From: a virus | IMG/VR virus record: IMGVR_UViG_3300005264_000064 | Span: 1 to 64,000 of that record | DNA: 64,000 nt | Reading direction: 5' to 3' (one strand) | In this document: piece after piece, positions 1 to 8,858 of the stretch | Layout: each line of letters begins with the position of its first letter | Position numbering within the stretch: position 1 is the stretch's first letter | Notes under the pieces: generated by a model | Seen by the model: only the letters and a program-made list of their open reading frames with translations | What the model was told of the DNA's origin: nothing | The model's database searches: none | Made by a program: the position numbers and the translations under genes

Positions 1-1
1 T

Positions 2-445
2 GCCTTTGTACAGAAGCGGTGGAATGACGCTCCTGATAGTGATGGGTATAACGCGCTGTTGGCTGCTGCTAGTAGATACAGACGAAGTAAACTAGTGAAA
101 CAACTGATGGCACAGAGCCTGCTGCCTGTGAACGTAATGTTTCAAGGAGAGAGAATAAAGGCTGTGAGTGTGCTTGCGACAGAGATGGAAAATGCTGCGT
201 ACAGTAAGGACAGAATTGCTGCTGCTAAAGAGTTGCTGACAGCGACTAAAGGACCTGAACAAGCGAATGTTGAATTACAGATAGGACCAAGTAGCCAGGC
301 GATGGACTTGACGACGAAGTTATTTGACCAGTTGAGCAAGATTAGTGAAAAACAGCATGAGAGACTTGTGGACGGTGCAGACATCGGAGACGTACAGAAA
401 ATCGGAATTACGACTGAGTTCGTCGAGGCGGATGTCGATGAGTAG
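2..445 (+). CDS. N4 gp69-like protein (putative terminase small subunit), 5'-truncated by window edge
   Basis: Frame is open from position 2. YRRSKLVKQLMAQSLLP...DRIAAAKELL..KGPE resembles the gene preceding the terminase in N4-like phages. Confidence 0.6.
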   Translation, partial: AFVQKRWNDAPDSDGYNALLAAASRYRRSKLVKQLMAQSLLPVNVMFQGERIKAVSVLATEMENAAYSKDRIAAAKELLTATKGPEQANVELQIGPSSQAMDLTTKLFDQLSKISEKQHERLVDGADIGDVQKIGITTEFVEADVDE

Positions 446-2113
446 TAGAGAAAGAGAGCCGATATTCGGAAAGATTGAGGGTGATGAAAGTGTACCTTAT
501 GAGAACTGGAAAGAGTACGAGCAGGCTGTAGTCAAAGGTGTTGAGGAGTTACCGAAAGAGATTAAGACTAGGAAGAGACCTGACTACGAGTTTAATGTGG
601 ATAAGGCACTGGACAATATCGACCTGTTGTTTAATGGGTACACCCGAGGAGCCTGAAGTAGAGAATAGCTTGATGCATTACTTCCTTGTGGACCTTGTCT
701 TTGGAAATATTAAGAGAGAGAACTACCCGTATTCAGAAGAAATCAACAAAAAGATTAGAATTAACAGAAAAAAGATTGCCATTATTGCAGGAAGAATGAG
801 CGCGAAGAGTACTGTGATTACTGCCTACTTACCTATCTACCTAGCAATTAAGGGAGAGATGCCTACCTTTGGGCGTATGATGTTCGTTGTAGGATTTGGC
901 GATTCGCAACAAGCAGGTGCCAAAGTGCAGGCAAATACTATTAGAGATTTCTGTGAGGACAGCACCTTCTGTAAGGACTATTTCGAGAAGATGAGGTTTA
1001 CTGATGAGGAGTGTGAGTTCATTAGGAAAGGTAACGGGAGAATAAAGAAGAGGGCCTTCATGTATAAGGTGAAAGGGGCTGCTGGGGGTAGTGTCCGTGG
1101 TATTCGTTATAGGACAGAGAGGCCAAGTATGTTTTTGTTTGATGATATTATTAAGAGTGAGGCAGATGCAAGTAGCCCGGTCATAATGAGGAAGTTGAGA
1201 AGTATGATATATGCAGACGCAGAGAATGCCTTAGGGAGCAAAGGGATGGTCATTGCAGTCAATACACCTTTTAATAAGAAAGATCCTATATACAGTGCCC
1301 TAGAGAGTGGTATATGGACTCCTATATGCTTGCCGTTGTGCGAGAGAATAAGTCTGGACTTACCACGCAAAGATTACAGAAGTAGTTGGCCTGCGATGCA
1401 CCCGTATGAGAAGATGATGGAGAGGTATGAGGATGCACACTACGGAGGAACTCTGAGGGAATTTAATCAGGAATTGATGCTGAGGATTAGCAGTGAAGAA
1501 GATAAAATGATTAAAGAGGGCATGCTTCAGTGGTATGCCAGGAAGAACATACTGAAGAATTTGGCGAATTTTACGTTGTTGATTACGACGGACTTTACTG
1601 CAAGTAACACTTAGAATGGTGCAGAAATGGGGGCGTGGCGGTCGAGTGCTGGAGGTCGGTGTCGAGGTTGATGGTCAGCAGAACTTGAATATCTTTGCCT
1701 TAGAGCGCATGATGATGGAGAAGAATGTGTGGTTCAGGTTCGCAAGGCAGAAAGGCGCCGGAGTGAATACGAAGGGTATTCGGAGTAAGGCAGTCGGCGG
1801 AAATAAGCTGGAGAGATTCAAGTACGTGATGCCGAGCTTTGAGATGCAGAAGATACATTTCCCTGAGGAGATGAGGTCGACGGAAGACATGAAAGAGATG
1901 CTGGAAGAATTGGAGTACTTGACTTACGAGAGTATTAACTCGAAGAAAGATGACGGGATCGACCTAATTAGCCAGATAGCAATGATCGAATACACACTGC
2001 CTGATAACGGAATTGATAGCGTGGATGGTATTAGTGGTAGTGATCGAGGGATGTGGTCTGATATCTGGGATGGTACCCATGAGGAAGAGTCTGGTAGCAG
2101 TGTTATTTTTTAA
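438..2113 (+). pseudogene. terL: Terminase large subunit (N4 gp68-like), in three reading frames (438-656, ~646-1614, 1616-2113)
   Basis: Walker A-like GRMSAKST, Walker B MFLFDDI, NTPFNKKDP, nuclease motifs ITTDFT, VGVEVDGQQ and KKDDGIDLIS. Frame breaks near 645 and 1612. Confidence 0.85.
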
Positions 2114-2142
2114 GTCGGAGTGAAGGTGCTATTAGGTATAAT
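2110..2142 (+). promoter_or_regulatory. Sigma70-type promoter (TTAAGT-N21-TATAAT)
   Basis: TTAAGT at 2110 and TATAAT at 2137-2142 preceded by GG. The same 27-nt offset occurs at five other intergenic sites. Confidence 0.7.
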
Positions 2143-2170
2143 AGGCTAAAATAAGTCAGTAAGGAATAAA

Positions 2171-2833
2171 ATGAAGTTATCACTGATACTAGAGCAGGCG
2201 AGAGCCGGTGAGTTGGCCTCTGTGTCAGCTAAGGATAAAACAGACAGAAAGATTGTTAGTTATGTTAATTTGGCATTGATAGCGTTGTACAATAGATTCC
2301 AGTTGTCGACGGAAGAGGCTATAATCGAGTTGCAAATGGAGCCTGCTAGGACTATATATAGTATGGACGGAACTGACCCTAATGTACTAGTTAAAGGACA
2401 ACCGATGGCAGAAGACGAATTTATGGCTATTGTCGGTGCGTATAACGAGAACGGGACTGTAATTAGTGTAAATGACGACAATGATCCTGCAAGTATATAT
2501 ACTGTCAGTTATAACCAATTGCAGGTTCCCTTAATAGCGGAGAACGCGTTTGTCAGTGTAGTATATAGGCAGAATCCTACGTTGGTAACGTACGTAGATG
2601 ATGGTAACGGAAATGCGGCAGAAGCAGATGTTCGGGTACCTATGCAACTGCTGGACGCAATGCTACACTACATTGGGTATAGAGCACATGGTGCAATCGA
2701 GGGTAACGTGCAGGCAGAAAATAACACACACTACACTAGGTTTAGATTAGCGTGTGACGAAGCGTTAGCTTTAGGAGTACTTCCCGCGGATGATACAGAT
2801 TTTGGTAGTGTAGAAAGTAAGGGGTTTTTATGA
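2171..2833 (+). CDS. N4 gp67-like head-tail adaptor/virion protein
   Basis: Follows terL, AAGGA RBS, N-terminus MKLSLILEQARAGEL and LHYIGYRAH pattern. Confidence 0.6.
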   Translation: MKLSLILEQARAGELASVSAKDKTDRKIVSYVNLALIALYNRFQLSTEEAIIELQMEPARTIYSMDGTDPNVLVKGQPMAEDEFMAIVGAYNENGTVISVNDDNDPASIYTVSYNQLQVPLIAENAFVSVVYRQNPTLVTYVDDGNGNAAEADVRVPMQLLDAMLHYIGYRAHGAIEGNVQAENNTHYTRFRLACDEALALGVLPADDTDFGSVESKGFL

Positions 2834-4347
2834 GAAGAAGTAGTTTTCAGTCTGTTGATGTGAGTATGTCAAGAGAGATATATAGTCAGTACGAAGATGT
2901 GAAGGTAGTTGCTGATAACATCGAAGACGTTGTCAAGGTTGCGGACGGTGTTGACGACAGGACGTTTACGGCGGCGGTGGCGGTTACAACTGAGCCATTT
3001 AAGAGTGAAGTAACTACTGTAGCTGGGGCAGCTACCGAGGTGTCTACTGTAAGCGGAATCTCTGCTGACGTTGTCACTGTCAGTGGGTTACAGACAGAAA
3101 TACAAAGTCTCGTAGCTGACAAGGTAGCACTAGACAGTTTATACGCAGATAAGGCTACACTAGACAGTTTATACGCAGATAAAGCAACGTTGGATAGTTT
3201 ATTTGCAGACAAAGCAACACTAGACTCATTAGTAGCCGATAAAAGTGTGTTGGACAGTCTGTATGCGGATAAAGCCGTATTGGACAGTCTGTATGCGGAT
3301 AAAAGTGTATTGGATACTGTACACAGCAAATTAGCAGAAATCGAAGTAGTCTCTGCAGATATCGACAGTGTTATTACCGTAAGTGATAATATGTTAGCCG
3401 TGAACAGATACTCAGATACGTATTACCCTCCAAGTGCTACTGCTCCTACAACTAAACCTAGTGGCGGAGCAAGGGTTAAAGGTGATATGTACTTTAATAC
3501 GACTGAGGGTAAACTAAAGGTATTTGACGGCACTATTTGGGATAATGCGGGTAGTACTGTAAACGGTACTAGCAAGAGAGCAGTTATTGTTGCTACGGAA
3601 GGACAGACGGTGTTTTCTGTCGCTGGTGGATATGACCCCGGGTATGCAGATGTATATTTGAATGGTAGAAAGCTATTAAACGGAACAGATGTATATGTAA
3701 GCAGTGGAACAGATGTAGTTCTATCAAGTGGAGCTGCTGCAGGAGATGTAATAGACATAGTGGCATACGGGGCGTTTGTGTTAGCAGATTTCTACAGTAA
3801 AGCTGAGATCGACTCAAAAAACAATACGAAAGTGTCAAAGACGGGTGATGAAACAATAGCAGGGGTTAAAACATTTTCAAGTTTTCCTGTTACTCCATCA
3901 AGTGAACCAATCGGTAGCTATGATGTAGTTAACAAGAAGTATGTTGATGATAGTGTAGGGGAGTCAATTCCTTCTGGCGTAATAACTATGTGGAGTGGCC
4001 TCATAAGTGCAGTTCCAAGCGGTTGGTTTCTTTGTAATGGAGCAAATGGTACTCCAGATTTAAGAAATAGATTTGTTTATGGTGCAAGTGTAGATGGGGA
4101 CGTAAGTGCAGTTGGCGGTAGCACGACTACGTCAGAGGCTGGTTCACACACACACAGCATACCAATATCGGGCTGGTCTTATTCAACATCAAACGCAGCA
4201 GGGTATTTGCTCACAGGAAGAAAGTCAGGTGTTATGCACGCAGAGTATGCAAGAGCAAGCGCAACCCAAAATGTAGCTGGCAGTGGGGCTCATACTCATA
4301 CTACGTTACCACCATACATGAAATTAGCATACATAATGAAAGGGTAA
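2830..4347 (+). CDS. Tail fibre protein with 10-aa repeats and C-terminal tail-collar-like domain
   Basis: DSLYADKAxL repeats, GDMYFNTT motif, IPSGVITMWSG...PSGWFLCNGANGTPDLRNRF collar, HTH metal-binding motifs. Confidence 0.8.
   Translation: MRRSSFQSVDVSMSREIYSQYEDVKVVADNIEDVVKVADGVDDRTFTAAVAVTTEPFKSEVTTVAGAATEVSTVSGISADVVTVSGLQTEIQSLVADKVALDSLYADKATLDSLYADKATLDSLFADKATLDSLVADKSVLDSLYADKAVLDSLYADKSVLDTVHSKLAEIEVVSADIDSVITVSDNMLAVNRYSDTYYPPSATAPTTKPSGGARVKGDMYFNTTEGKLKVFDGTIWDNAGSTVNGTSKRAVIVATEGQTVFSVAGGYDPGYADVYLNGRKLLNGTDVYVSSGTDVVLSSGAAAGDVIDIVAYGAFVLADFYSKAEIDSKNNTKVSKTGDETIAGVKTFSSFPVTPSSEPIGSYDVVNKKYVDDSVGESIPSGVITMWSGLISAVPSGWFLCNGANGTPDLRNRFVYGASVDGDVSAVGGSTTTSEAGSHTHSIPISGWSYSTSNAAGYLLTGRKSGVMHAEYARASATQNVAGSGAHTHTTLPPYMKLAYIMKG
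3103..3315 (+). repeat. About 7 x 30-bp in-frame tandem repeat (DSL[YFV]ADK[AS][TV]L)
   Basis: Degenerate repeats of gacagtttatacgcagataaggctacacta visible in the sequence. Confidence 0.9.
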
Positions 4348-4350
4348 CAG

Positions 4351-4815
4351 ATGAACATATATTATTTTGATGAAAACGGAAATCAAACTGGAAGCGGAAC
4401 AAGTGCAACTTGTCCAAGCGAGGAAGCAACGGAGTTAGTGCCTAGTTCAAGTGAAGATACTTGGAATGGAACAAAGTGGATATCTCCGCCACCTCCGCCA
4501 CCTCCAACACAAGAAGAGTTAGCAAAAGAACAACAAAAAGCAATAGACAATGCTATCCAAGAAGCACTAGACAAGAAAGCCCAAGAGTTTAGATGGGATG
4601 ATATGAAATCTGCTAGAGCTGGTGCTGTGTCTGTAAAAGATACGGATAGTGGTATAGTTAGAAACATGAAAGAGAATGCACAGAAACTAACTGATTGGTA
4701 CTATGAAGTATGGGCTTATGCTAGTCAACTAGAGGCTAATGTAAAAAATGGCGATAGAGAAATACCTACTATTGAAGAGGTACTACTAGAGATGCCTAAG
4801 TACGAGGAGCAATAA
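4351..4815 (+). CDS. Tail fibre assembly chaperone-like protein
   Basis: Immediately after the fibre gene. W..W..poly-Pro linker, then LDKKAQEFRWDDM..W..VW pattern. Confidence 0.6.
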   Translation: MNIYYFDENGNQTGSGTSATCPSEEATELVPSSSEDTWNGTKWISPPPPPPPTQEELAKEQQKAIDNAIQEALDKKAQEFRWDDMKSARAGAVSVKDTDSGIVRNMKENAQKLTDWYYEVWAYASQLEANVKNGDREIPTIEEVLLEMPKYEEQ

Positions 4816-6254
4816 TGAGTAAAATTAGGGATATAATAGAGAATGAAAGAGGACTGCATACTGATACCGTAGCTACTGATAGTGAGTTGCAAGGAGTTGC
4901 GGATAAGAGAATAAGTACAGTCACAAGCAATGTAATGACAAGCGGGGGTGCAACAATAGACTCTAACAGTAACTTAGTGATTACAGACGGCGTATTCACT
5001 TACACAGATGGTATAGACGGAAACGGATTTGTTAGAAGTTCAGAACAAGTTACTGAAAGCATAGACTTTGCTGGTGTTAGTGATGGACTGAAATGGGTAG
5101 GTAGAAAGTTAGACGGTAGTGGGTATATCTTTGAAGATAGAAAACCTAGTGTTGGGCTGTATGAAAAAGAAAGTGCTGATGACAACAGGCTAGTGTTTGA
5201 CGTTGAGAGTGGTAAGTACTGTACTACAACTGGTGGAGAGCTGATTACTAATGGTACATTTGATGTTGATACAAGTGGGTGGACTTCAACAGTCTATAAT
5301 GGTTCGACTTATGAAACTTCAACTAGTTCGTTAACATGGAATAGTGGTAGGGGTAAAATAGTAAATCCTACTGGTAAAGACTATGCAGCCATAGAGCAAG
5401 AGCTATCTGGTTTAACTATTGGTGCTAAGTATGTAGCACAGGCTACTTTTGATACAAGCGATACTGGGTATTTTTCAATTGGGGAGTTTTCAGCGATAGG
5501 AAATGGGGCTACTTCAGGGGAGGGATTCCAGAGCTCGGGCCTAACAACTGGGGTTTATACAATCGAATTTATAGCAACTGCTTCTAGCATGTATGTAACT
5601 TTGCAATTAAGTACTAATGTTGACGGGGCATCGCTACATGTAGATGACATCTCAGTCTACAAACTAGAGCCAACACTAGACCAACCACTAGCAACTCCTG
5701 TAAGTTTCTTGCCTAATCCTGTAATGGTAGCAAGTGAGACTCCTATGGAAATTAGAGAAGATGATGAGTTGCTTACTAACGTAATGGACAGTCTTGATGT
5801 GCAAGGTAAAGTGGCAATGGGGTCACCTATATATGGAGATAAGCCAATATACACAGGCTATGCTGGAGGGACTAGTATTAAAGCTGCAGGTGTTATATTT
5901 AACTGGACGACTGAAGTAGATACGCATAATGCCTATAATAATGGCTTGTGGACTTGCCCTAAAGATGGCTGGTATAGATTTAACCCTAGAGTGTGGAATA
6001 AGCATGGTGACACTACGATTACTACTGTAAATTCTGCTATATACATTAACGGTGAGGTTGAGACAGCATTTTACACTAGTGGTACAAATAAACAGAAATA
6101 CATAGGTGTTGAACCCACTATTCTTAAAGAACTAAAAAAGGGAGATACTATGTACATTGAAAGTGTAGCTGCTTCAAGTGCTCACTTTATATACTTCGAG
6201 GATGGTAAAGACTACACAAATATAGTAATTGAATATATAGGAGAAACAAAATGA
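4815..6254 (+). CDS. Second tail fibre/receptor-binding protein (carbohydrate-binding-like module plus C1q-like C-terminus)
   Basis: ELITNGTFDVDTSGW, FNWTTEVDTHNAYNNGLWTCPKDGWYRF, LKKGD. Confidence 0.6.
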   Translation: MSKIRDIIENERGLHTDTVATDSELQGVADKRISTVTSNVMTSGGATIDSNSNLVITDGVFTYTDGIDGNGFVRSSEQVTESIDFAGVSDGLKWVGRKLDGSGYIFEDRKPSVGLYEKESADDNRLVFDVESGKYCTTTGGELITNGTFDVDTSGWTSTVYNGSTYETSTSSLTWNSGRGKIVNPTGKDYAAIEQELSGLTIGAKYVAQATFDTSDTGYFSIGEFSAIGNGATSGEGFQSSGLTTGVYTIEFIATASSMYVTLQLSTNVDGASLHVDDISVYKLEPTLDQPLATPVSFLPNPVMVASETPMEIREDDELLTNVMDSLDVQGKVAMGSPIYGDKPIYTGYAGGTSIKAAGVIFNWTTEVDTHNAYNNGLWTCPKDGWYRFNPRVWNKHGDTTITTVNSAIYINGEVETAFYTSGTNKQKYIGVEPTILKELKKGDTMYIESVAASSAHFIYFEDGKDYTNIVIEYIGETK

Positions 6255-6721
6255 TTTTAAAAATTGCAGATGGAAAATTACATACTTTAGGGGAAGGGAC
6301 TTTGACAGAGTTCCACATCTCTAAAGGGTACAAGGAAGTGCCAACGGAGAACATTTTTACTAAAGAAGATGGTTCATACTACGAATACTATAATGATGAT
6401 TTGACTCCAGACCTAGTTAGAATACAGGCTGAGGATATGGTCAAGCTTGTGGCACATGGGGAAGAGCTTGTAAAAAAGCTGGTACAGACTGAGATTGATA
6501 AATATAACAATGCTAATGGAGTTAGATTTGAGAGTATAACTAATTGTGTGTTGTATAAAGACGATGTAAGTCATCCTCATCAGCAATTTTGTGTTGACAT
6601 AGTTGCGTATAATAGCTTAGTATGGAAAGAAGCTAGAGAGCTACAGCCTACAGTTATGGCTATGAACCCATTACCGACAGATGATGAATTTATAGCTATG
6701 TTTACAAAGTTTGGAGTATAG
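6251..6721 (+). CDS. Second tail fibre assembly chaperone-like protein
   Basis: Follows fibre 2. C-terminal VW....LPTDDEFI parallels IPTIEEVL of 4351-4815. Confidence 0.5.
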   Translation: MILKIADGKLHTLGEGTLTEFHISKGYKEVPTENIFTKEDGSYYEYYNDDLTPDLVRIQAEDMVKLVAHGEELVKKLVQTEIDKYNNANGVRFESITNCVLYKDDVSHPHQQFCVDIVAYNSLVWKEARELQPTVMAMNPLPTDDEFIAMFTKFGV

Positions 6722-6722
6722 T

Positions 6723-7325
6723 ATGATACACATATGGAATATAGCTAAGTTCTTAGTGATGTTCATATTTCAGCTTATAATGACAATTATAGGCTGGTTT
6801 GTGATACCGATAGGAATGTTATGGATGGAAGAGTATGTACCTAGCAATAGAACTAGTGTACTAGTACCTAACCAAAAAAGGTTTAAATGGAAATGGTTTG
6901 ATGCTATATGGGGTAATAGTGAAGATGGGATAGCAGACATTTACTATGTGAAGAAGTATGTCAATGATGTAAGTAAGTACGAAGCTACTTGGTGGAGGAC
7001 TTACAACTTCATGGCGTTACGCAATCCAATTCACAATCTAGCATTAGCTATGGGCGTACACGATTTCATAGATGATTATAAATGGAAAGGAAATCGCTAC
7101 ACAGAGGACAGAATTGGACACGAGGGTTTTGTTTGGAGCACTGCCATAGGCGTTGATGGTACAGAGTATCACATGTATAGATGGTGTAAGCTTTGGACTA
7201 AAACACATGGTATAGAGTTAAATATAGGGTATAAGAACTTTAATATTGGTAAGCTACCTAAGTATTATAAATATAGTTTTACTGTAAGTATAAACCCTTT
7301 TAAGAAATTTGAGCCGGCAAGATGA
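6723..7325 (+). CDS. Conserved phage membrane-anchored protein
   Basis: N-terminal hydrophobic helix and W.WFDAIWGNSEDG / ALRNP motifs. Confidence 0.45.
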   Translation: MIHIWNIAKFLVMFIFQLIMTIIGWFVIPIGMLWMEEYVPSNRTSVLVPNQKRFKWKWFDAIWGNSEDGIADIYYVKKYVNDVSKYEATWWRTYNFMALRNPIHNLALAMGVHDFIDDYKWKGNRYTEDRIGHEGFVWSTAIGVDGTEYHMYRWCKLWTKTHGIELNIGYKNFNIGKLPKYYKYSFTVSINPFKKFEPAR

Positions 7326-7744
7326 AGTTAGCGTTATATAAAGGCGAAGGTGATTGGACTGATAAAGTAATTAGATGGTGGACTAGAAGTGAGTATAGTC
7401 ATTGTGAAATAGTAATAGATGACGTGTGGTATAGCGCCAGTCCCAGAGAAGGAAACGTCCGAGCCAAGGAAATAGAGCCGCAGGAAGGCAATTGGGATTA
7501 CGTAGAAATAGTGTGTAGTCCTGAGCAAGAGCAGATAGTGTTGGGTACATTTGAAGCAAATATGGGTAGTGGGTATGACTACATGGGTATAGTATTAAGT
7601 CAAGTATTGCCTATAGGTATACAAATGAGTTACCGTTGGTTCTGTAGTGAGATATGTGCTCAAGCACTAATGTACGCTAACTTAATGACAAGAACCAAAA
7701 GAGCACAATGGTATAGTCCAGAGAGACTAAGGAAAGCATTATGA
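7322..7744 (+). CDS. Permuted papain-like (YiiX/YebB-like NlpC/P60) amidase
   Basis: YSHCEI, YDY and WFCSEICA in His-before-Cys order. Confidence 0.75.
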   Translation: MKLALYKGEGDWTDKVIRWWTRSEYSHCEIVIDDVWYSASPREGNVRAKEIEPQEGNWDYVEIVCSPEQEQIVLGTFEANMGSGYDYMGIVLSQVLPIGIQMSYRWFCSEICAQALMYANLMTRTKRAQWYSPERLRKAL

Positions 7745-8175
7745 AGACAGTATACCTGTATAGGCTAGAGAGTACCGATGAAGGGACTTTTGGAGTTATG
7801 GTTGTCGACGGGCACTGGTGGTACTCACTTGAGCTGCCTGACAGAGACAACCAACCTAATGTAAGTAGGATCCCTGCAGGAGAATATAATGTAGAGAGAC
7901 GATGGAGTGGACACTTTAGAAAAGAGACATACTGGGTACGGGGTGTACCCGAGAGATCGTACATACTAATTCACGGTGCGAACTTTGCTGGGGATGAGGA
8001 ACTAGGATGGCAGAGTCATTTGCAGGGGTGTATTACCTTAGGAAAGCGGATTGGTAGTTTTCCGAATAAGTACGGCAAGGTGCAGAAAGCTGTACTTAGT
8101 AGCAGGCAGGCAATTACAGCATTTGAAAAGTATTTAGACAAGGAGCCTTTTAGATTGGTGGTAAGTAATGTGTAA
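7741..8175 (+). CDS. DUF5675-family protein, putative endolysin
   Basis: TFG..LELP.RDN...S.IPAGEY, VPERSYILIHGAN, GCI motifs. Confidence 0.7.
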   Translation: MKTVYLYRLESTDEGTFGVMVVDGHWWYSLELPDRDNQPNVSRIPAGEYNVERRWSGHFRKETYWVRGVPERSYILIHGANFAGDEELGWQSHLQGCITLGKRIGSFPNKYGKVQKAVLSSRQAITAFEKYLDKEPFRLVVSNV

Positions 8176-8190
8176 CAGAGGGAGAAGACT

Positions 8191-8793
8191 ATGGATTTTT
8201 TAATGAATATATTTAGCGGTGGGCTATTAGGAGCAGTGACGAATTTGTTTGGGGCTTGGATGAAGCACAAGGATCAGCAAGAGAAGAACAGTCATGAATT
8301 GAAGATGGTGAAAGCTACTAGCGAGGCAGCATTAGCGGAAATACAAGCTAACGTACAAGTCAGCAAGGTTGTTGCCGAGGGTAACGTACTGATGGAGGAA
8401 GCTAGAAGTGATACAGCTGAGAGTATTGGCCGTAGTGGACTGATAGAGAACCTGACAGGTAAGTACCTGAAAGATGGAATTGTTGAGAAAATGATTGACG
8501 ATAATAGCTGGACGGGTAAGGCGTTTAGGCCATTGTTGTATGGGCATCTGCTGCTTATGGATGCTGTTAGGGGTCTAGTTAGACCAGTACTGACTGTCGG
8601 TGTAATCGGGTACATCTCGTTTGTAGTAAATAAGACGTTAACCCCGTTTGTATTAAGTGGGGATGCTGAGTTGTTAATGCGTACAGTAACACAGCCTAGT
8701 GTACAGTTACTGCTGTTTAGCGCAAGTACTATGGTAGGGTTCTGGTTTGCGGATAAATCAATGGCTAAGGACTACAGGAAGAGTAACAAGTAG
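8191..8793 (+). CDS. Putative holin/membrane protein
   Basis: VRGLVRPVLT motif, 2-3 hydrophobic segments, GFWF, basic C-terminus, next to the endolysin. Confidence 0.55.
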   Translation: MDFLMNIFSGGLLGAVTNLFGAWMKHKDQQEKNSHELKMVKATSEAALAEIQANVQVSKVVAEGNVLMEEARSDTAESIGRSGLIENLTGKYLKDGIVEKMIDDNSWTGKAFRPLLYGHLLLMDAVRGLVRPVLTVGVIGYISFVVNKTLTPFVLSGDAELLMRTVTQPSVQLLLFSASTMVGFWFADKSMAKDYRKSNK

Positions 8794-8798
8794 CAACC

Positions 8799-8831
8799 TT
8801 AAGCCACGGCTAAGAGCATGTTAGGTATAAT
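8799..8831 (+). promoter_or_regulatory. Promoter upstream of portal (TTAAGC-N21-TATAAT)
   Basis: TTAAGC 8799, CTAAG 8810, GGTATAAT 8824-8831. Confidence 0.75.
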
Positions 8832-8858
8832 GTTTGCAGATACTAAAGGAATAAATAA

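Noticed and set aside
640-660. Programmed frameshift or stop-codon recoding in terL
   Set aside because: No slippery heptamer, conserved residues seem missing, and all three stop codons end normal genes elsewhere.
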